Assembly: GCF_009914755.1 (NCBI RefSeq)
Contig: NC_060927.1
Strand: one strand, 5' to 3'
From: the human T2T-CHM13v2.0 reference genome, Homo sapiens
Length of the DNA: 64,000 nucleotides
In this document: in pieces, positions 57,280 to 64,000 of the stretch
Layout of the letters: every line of letters begins with the position of its first letter
How positions within the stretch are numbered: the stretch's first letter is position 1
Position numbers and translations under genes: made by a program
Notes under the pieces: model-generated
The model's database searches: none
What the model was told of the DNA's origin: nothing
Seen by the model: the letters and a program-made list of their open reading frames with translations, nothing else

Positions 57280-58340
57280 TCAATCAATCAATCAATCAAT
57301 CAATATGTATTGCAGATCTTTTATATCTTTTACTATACACAAAACATGACGCTGACTGATGTGGTAAAAACATAACAATATAAAACAAAGTTTCTGTTTT
57401 TGTAGGGCAAAAACTGGGTAAAATACATATACATCTATGTATGTGTATATACTTATATATGAAGTAGCAATGAATTATAAAAAGCTGCCTGTAATAAGTG
57501 CCACAGGAGATTGAGGGACAAAGATGTCATTGTAAGTTGTGACAGGCTTTTCTGGAGGAAGGAGAATTTTGGATCTGTGGATAGAATGGGATGGGATGGG
57601 ATAGGATAGAATAGGATAGGATAGGATCAGGTGGTAAGAGATGAGAGAGTGGCATGAGCAAAGGTGAAGAAATGTGAATGTATATGACAGGTTCAAGAAT
57701 AGTGTACTATGTGGCTGAAGTGGAGGGTCTTGTGAGAATTCGAAATACTTGCTGAAGGAATTGAGACATACCCTATAAATAATGGTGATTCATCTAGGGT
57801 TTATCTAACCAGGTGAATGAATTTTTGCAACTGTGTTTTAAGAAGATACACATGGCTTTGGAATATGCAGTGGGCTGCAGGTAGACGAGAAAAGAGAAAG
57901 AATTATTAGGAAGCTATTGCGATAGTGTAGCATGAAAGGATGGGGGGCTGAAGGAGGGTGTAGAGTGTTGAATAAAAAGAATAGGATGGATATGAGTGCC
58001 ATCAAATGTGAAAAACTGAAAAATCTAGGTTCTGGTTGGTATATGAGTGACAAGGGAAAGCCAAAAATGTAACCTCCCTGATGATAGAAATGGAGCCATC
58101 CAGTGAGGGAGCTGGTTTGGGAGAAAGAGAGAAAAGTCTGTTTTAAGTATATTAAAGCATTTAATTTAGGTGATGCTGGGACATTCTAATGAAAATGGTC
58201 TACAGAAAGTGAGATAGCTGAGATTGGAGTTCAGACATTGGGTTAGGACTAAAAGATACTGATGTTGTGGGTTACCTACAGAGAGTGGGTCTAAAGTGGG
58301 ATGGTTTGCTAAGGGTAAGAATGAACAGAGAGAGAGGAGC
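57280..58340 (-). mobile_element. L2 fragment(s) with (ATCA)n and (GGATA)n microsatellites
   Basis: Antisense L2 motifs (attaggaagctattgcgatagt, tggagttcag). Simple repeats at ~57278-57304 and ~57585-57628. Confidence 0.6.
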
Positions 58341-58454
58341 AGATGTGACTCTCACCCTAATAGAGGCGTCTGCTGTAGTTGTTCCCTACTTATGACCATC
58401 CTCCATAGGAGTCTTAGCCCTGACCACTTAATTTCTGCCCCTAAACTAAGTATG

Positions 58455-58897
58455 ATAATAACATTAGAATCATCTGGGGACTTTATGAAAATACAAGTAT
58501 ATAGCTTCCCACTCCCAGATATTCTGACTTAATTGGTCTGGGGTCCAGGCATTTGAGATACTTCTAAAGCTCCCTGTGTGGTGATAGTATGATGGTTTTG
58601 TTTAAAAATGAAGTCATCATTTTTAGAGATACAAAATGAAATATTTGGAGATGAAATGATATTATGTCTGGGATATACTTCAAAATAATGAGGCAGGTGT
58701 GGGAAATGGATAAAGTATAGAAAAAAGATTGGCCATGAGTTGACAACAGTTGAAGCTGAGTGATGAATATGTAAGGATTCATTATATTTTCTTGCTACTT
58801 TCACATACATTTGAAATTTTGCCTGACAAAAAGTTTAAAAATAAATCAATAAAAGCTTCCCAAGCAACTCCAAGGTGGACCCAGTGTTGAGGACCCC
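58455..58897. mobile_element. MER5-family element interrupted by an L1MC-type 3' end (58575-58851, +)
   Basis: MER5 halves on either side. TSD-like aaagctccc (58566-58574) / aaagcttccc (58852-58861). Confidence 0.7.
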
Positions 58898-59555
58898 CCC
58901 GGGATATAAGTGGAGTTTTTTTCCTGGATCCTTTAACTCCATCAGCTATCACTGTCAAACTTCCATGAAAATCCCCTGCCAGACTGAGAGCAAAGCTTTC
59001 TTGCTTCTTCTATTTTTTTTCTTATCTAGAGCTGAGGACAATATAGCAATCTGAACTCCCATTTCAAATTCCCTACAACAAAACTGACAGTACTGGGAGA
59101 ATTGCTTGTGGAGATGGAAGAATTACCCCCAGCTGCATTTTAAAATCCCTGATTACAGATAGCAGAGACAACATACCTGATACATTTGTTCTAAATCCTG
59201 TGATTGAAAAATAAGCACTTCTTAAAATTGTTCTACTGTACACACATGCTTCCAAAAGAGATGAATTATAATTCTCCTTCCCAATTCATCCATACATACT
59301 AGGTAAAGAAAAGGAGACAACTCACAAACAACTAAAATTCAGATAAAACCCTGCTTACTGTTATAAATAAGGCCCCACTCAGTTTAGTTCCACTTTTCCC
59401 GTGTATATTTCCTTAGAACAGCATTTTAAAACAGCAAATTGAGCTCCTTCAATCAATTGGGACCAGTTGGTGAATCAGGAGCACTGACTTTTTAAAAAAC
59501 ACGAAATAAAAGAGAATAGAAAAACATCACATGTGCTAGCGTATAAGTAATTATA

Positions 59556-59561
<6 letters not shown>

Positions 59562-59596
<35 letters not shown>
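59562..59596. repeat. (TG)17 microsatellite, probably within a hAT-Charlie remnant (~59418-59645)
   Basis: The repeat is read directly. The flanks cagcattttaaaac ... gttttaaatccactg resemble hAT termini. Confidence 0.9.
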
Positions 59597-59597
<1 letters not shown>

Positions 59598-60214
59598 CAC
59601 TTGGCCTTAATGTAAAATAGTCAAAATAGTTTTAAATCCACTGCTTTGAATTTCATTTCTTATGTTCAATTTCACAGTAAACCCTCTTTCTTTTCATTTG
59701 AGGAGGAAGCAGGGAGGTCTGGAGTTGGGACAGACCAGGGTAATGGAAGACATCAAGAATCTGAAAGATGAATGAGATCAAGACTTAGAAACAGGCAGTC
59801 AAGGGAGGAAAAACAAGTAGCAAAGCTGGATCTGGCAAGTACAGTAGGTCAAATACGACACTGAAGATGCCAGGCAAGTCCAGTTGAAGGACTAGGTTCC
59901 ATGTCTCTGGAATTTCTATATTAGAGGGAGCTCAGAAGTGGCAATCTCATTGGAAGGGGTGTTGGTGGCTTAAAGCTGTATGTGCATAGTAAACTTGGAT
60001 TGTATCTTCTCAGGGTGGGTCTATTAAGTTGTGATGAAAATTATGAGGAAACTAAAGCACCCCCAACCCACGCCACCAAGTCATCCCCTTGGTACCACCT
60101 CTAGACCAAAGGAAACAGATGTCAAAGTCTAAATGAATTCTGAGGCCCAGGCCCCAGATGAAATTCTTACCCTGGCCCTGCTGCTTCTCCAGCTGCCTTC
60201 AGGAATGCCCTCCC

Positions 60215-60233
60215 CCACCAGCAGGGGGCGTGG
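60215..60233 (+). promoter_or_regulatory. CTCF binding motif
   Basis: Core CCAGCAGGGGGCG at 60218-60230 matches CCASYAGRKGGCR and lies in a local GC-rich patch. Confidence 0.7.
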
Positions 60234-61458
60234 CAGCCTCGGAGGAGGCCCACTCACTGGCCACCCCACAGGGAGTTCTGCGTGAGACCTAACAACTACC
60301 TGAAATAGGCCACTAACAAAGCCGACAGGGAGTAGAAATTGATGTAAGAGATATTACCGAGGTGGAACTGACAGCTCTTAAATTTGCTGGAAGTAGGGGG
60401 TTGGGTAGTAAGATAGACAGAGCACTCTGAGATGGCTAAGCAATGTGGAGTCTGAGTTACTGGGTGGTCTTCCCTTTGGACAGGCTGCGTCCCAAGGTCA
60501 CAGGGCTACAGTGAGTTACTCACCGGGGACAGCCTGAGTGAGTCTATTAGAAACAACTCAGGAAGACATAATGGGATTGAAGATCTCCACTGTGAGGGTC
60601 AAAGAACTGGAGCAGAAAATTTGCTTTACAATAATCAAAGACTATTAGGACCGTCATGCTGCATCATAATAATATATCCAAATCCTGCATGTGGCCACAT
60701 GAGACAAGGTCTGTAAATCCACTCAGCCCAGTACACGGCTCCTAATAGAGGGTCAGTCTATGCTAGTTTCATTCCAGTGTATCATGTCCAGTCACCAAAA
60801 CATGGACATCATACCATTTGAGTCTCAAAACAACCATGTAAGAGAAATAAAAGAATAACGTTAACTCCATTTTAGAGTATAAAACTAAGGCCTCCCTCAT
60901 TTAAGTGATGTTTCACAAACCCAATAAGGAGGGTTTTGACTTTTAACTTAAGTTTTCTACTGCCTCACTTTGTGGAAAACCAGCATAGGGAGTTTACTCC
61001 AACATTCAGGACCAAGGAAACATGGATCAGTTCCTGAGAAATAAGAAATCATTGGTATCAGACAAATTCAAGTAAGCAGCTCCATGTATGTGGCTAAGTA
61101 AGTAGTGGATTATTTAAACTCTTGCAGAGATATTGCTTATCAGCTGACAACAAACCTGAGGGTGCAAAACAAAGCCTCAGAAGCAAACAATCGAAGAGGA
61201 AAACAATCTGGCAAATATCATTAAACTATTTTTAAAATAGTGTATCTTTTAAACTAAGGGATGTTGTACAAATACTTTTATATTTTATTCACATATTTGT
61301 TATTGCATTTTTCCTATTCTATATTTGATTTGTTCATTATAAATTGAAGTTAAATATGCAAATACAGAAGCCCCTGCCTCCTGGTACCTGAAAAGGTTTT
61401 AAGTCCCCTTAAAATATCGACATATCGACATTATAAGTAGTGAAGGATAAAAGTTTCT

Positions 61459-61647
61459 TTTTTTTTTTTTTTTTTGGAGATGGAGTCTCACTCTATTCCA
61501 CCACGCCCAGCTAATTTTTGTATTTTTAGTAGAGACAAGGTTTCACCATGTTGGCCAGGCTGGTCTGGAACTCCTGACCTCAGGTGATCTGCCCACCTCG
61601 GCCCTCCAAATTACTGGGATTACAGGCGTGAGCCACTGCTCTTGGCC
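61459..61647 (-). mobile_element. AluS with most of its right arm deleted
   Basis: gagtctcactct is joined directly to ccaccacgcccagctaat. TSD gataaaagtttct at 61446-61458 and 61649-61661. Confidence 0.9.
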
Positions 61648-61779
61648 TGATAAAAGTTTCTATTATCACTTCAACACCAAAAAGAAATGAAACTAAAATG
61701 AGAAAAAGAAAACAAGTCTGATCCTATATATAACAAAGTATAGATGACAATTGCAACTAGTTGCCAATTCTTGGAAGGA

Positions 61780-62200
61780 ACAAAAAAATGTATCAGGTGT
61801 TGATTGGTTTCTCTGGATTTAATACAGCTTTCATTCAAACCAATAGCAAAATAACAGCATTCTTCACTTTATCCATGCCCAGAAGATCCCAGGAAAGGTC
61901 AGAAATTTTCACAAATATACCCAAGAACTTCAGCAATTTTTCCAGGAAAATAAAATGAGGCTTCAATGATTTTCTTTTGAATGTCCATGGTGAAGTCATC
62001 CCTGTTGACTTTCTCATTGCTAACCCTGACAGATCCTCATTTGTCAATGATTTTACATGTGATTCAAATAGTCTTCAAACATCACTTTTCTCAACTTCAT
62101 GAAATCTTGCACATTTTGCAAAATTTCCCATTTCCCTCTGCCGTCAATTTCCCTTGTGTTTTCACATTATTGTCAAGGGTTTGTCACATCAGGAAACCAG
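61780..62200 (-). mobile_element. Tigger (pogo-like) transposase remnant
   Basis: Minus-strand translation AKCARFHEVEKSDV*RLFESHVKSLTNEDL resembles the Tigger/TIGD C-terminal GF.EV...DV.ELL.SH...LTNEDL motif and contains an in-frame stop. Confidence 0.65.
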
Positions 62201-63699
62201 CAGGAGCCAACAGACAAGGATGCTGATGCCATGAGCAGAGATAGACACTAATGTTGAATGGGAGCTAATAGGAGGTCATTTATTAATGTTTTATGTTACA
62301 ATAACTTTTACTCAAGACTAAAGAAGCTTAGATATTGGATACTCAGATGATGTTCTCTCGTAATTACTTTGTCTTGCATCCATGTGGTAAGTGTGGAATG
62401 AGATAGCCCATGCCTGCAGAATCTGAGGAACTCATGTCCAAAGCCTGTCCCTTTCCACCGCCACACACCGTCTCCATCACAAGTCATACTCATCACCTGG
62501 CACCACAGAGAAAGGTGTGAGGGTATATTCAATAGCCCCAGTAGGAAATCATTGTACTCACACCCCAAATCATATGAGAAACATCTAGTCATAACGCTGA
62601 CCTGACCTGCTCACAAGGGCTCCATCCTATGGACACCAGCACTGTTGCCCAGGCCTGCTCTGGGTCCCAGTCTTCCTAGTGCTGTCCTTTGGAGACACAT
62701 AACTTGGCTTCTCTCTTACCAGCTGGGCAAAGAGTGAAGATGGTAGCTCATAGGAATTAGTAGATGTGAGGAAAAGGAATCACTAGTCCTATCTGCTATG
62801 ATCCATGAATAGGGACAGTTTTACATGTGTGTCTAAGGAAGGCAGTTTAGAAGAAAGGAAGATAAGGCCAATCACATGAGCATTTCAGCTCATATTCTTG
62901 AGAACCAGAGACATCAATAGAATTAGAACTCTAGGCCTGGGAGTCAGGAAGCAATTACTTGAATAACAGTCTTTCTTTTGGCTACCACATCAGCAACAGT
63001 CTCTCTTGTGACTTTTTAACTTAAGAACAGATTCTGGTTGAATGAGTCATCTTCTTTTTAGGCCAAGAAATAGAATTGCTGAAATCCTTAGGGTAACACT
63101 TTGGAGAAGTGGTCCAAAACTAAAAACTTGTAATTCTAGCCAATCACATTCTCTGCAAAGCTCACTGAGACAAAGTTTCCCAGTTGACAAATATGGTGAG
63201 GGCTTAAAATAGACAGTGCTCTGGAGGTAATGAAATCTCTCACTTTCGTATTTAGCATTTCTAGTTGATTCCAAGGATGGCAAAGCCATAAAACAAAGAA
63301 GCCTGTTTCAAGGATGGGTAGATTTGGGGAGAAGCGTGTCCAGTGTTGAATATATGTTAACTAAATTTTGGTCCCTAAGTGCTTGATAACATTATCACAA
63401 GAAAAACAACATAGCATCTATTGGTAGTGAATAGGAGTGATATAAGTTCCAAGCAGGACATTTATTGGAAGGCAGAGACAGAAAATGTAGTCTGAAATAA
63501 ATGTACTGCAAATAAATGAAAATTATGTGAAAAGACTGAAGATGGCTACCTGCATAATGGGCCACTTCCACTAATTAATCACATACCTGCCTAGTCTAAT
63601 TGCAGTGAGACTGGGAAATTTGAGTGAGTACATGGAATATTTGATCATCATTTACTATATCTGCCATGGCCCACCCTTTTCATCACCAAATATTTCTTT

Positions 63700-64000
63700 G
63701 TTTCTTTCTTCCAACACAGAATAGCCCTAATTCCTCCACAGGGGAGACCGGCCAAAGTTCCATCCATCCACCATTGCATCCAGTTCAAAGTTTAATCCTT
63801 CTGGATGATGTCCAATTTGTTTCTCCATCAGAGCCAGATGATGTAACTTTTCTTGGTTCTGAGGTCCTGATCCAAAAAAGACAAGTTATCTACTTCCTGT
63901 CCACATATATGCATGTGCATACATAACCACCCAGTAAGGTATATGTAAACATTTCCATTTGAAAAGAAACTAATGGAAGACACACAGCAGCCTCTGACCC
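63700..64000 (-). mobile_element. MaLR (MLT1-int-like) internal fragment running off the window end
   Basis: ccaaagttcc...acaagttatctacttcct...aaacatttccattt is homologous to the MST-int end at 22700-22870. Confidence 0.5.

Overview
AT-rich, CpG-depleted primate (very probably human) non-coding DNA, intergenic or intronic. It contains AluY/S/J, L1PA/L1M, L2, MIR, MaLR/ERV1 LTRs and hAT/Tigger DNA-transposon fossils, and has no CpG island. I recognise no protein-coding gene, RNA gene or CRISPR-like array. The ORF track is explained by repeats and chance ORFs. Repeat subfamily names come from recall of consensus sequences, not from a search, and the boundaries of old repeats are approximate. 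The best signals are: (1) a ~214-bp, ~95%-identical inverted duplication inside an old L1, with template-switch scars and two independently inserted inverted AluYs that extend it into a ~1.6-kb fold-back; (2) several short template-switch hairpins that can be shown against sibling repeat copies in the window; (3) a chain of minus-strand candidate exons, two of which would splice into an 82-aa ORF with a strong Kozak context; (4) a repeat-free, homeodomain/SOX/FOX-dense enhancer-like block; (5) a near-consensus CTCF site. I found nothing I can support as a new biological system.
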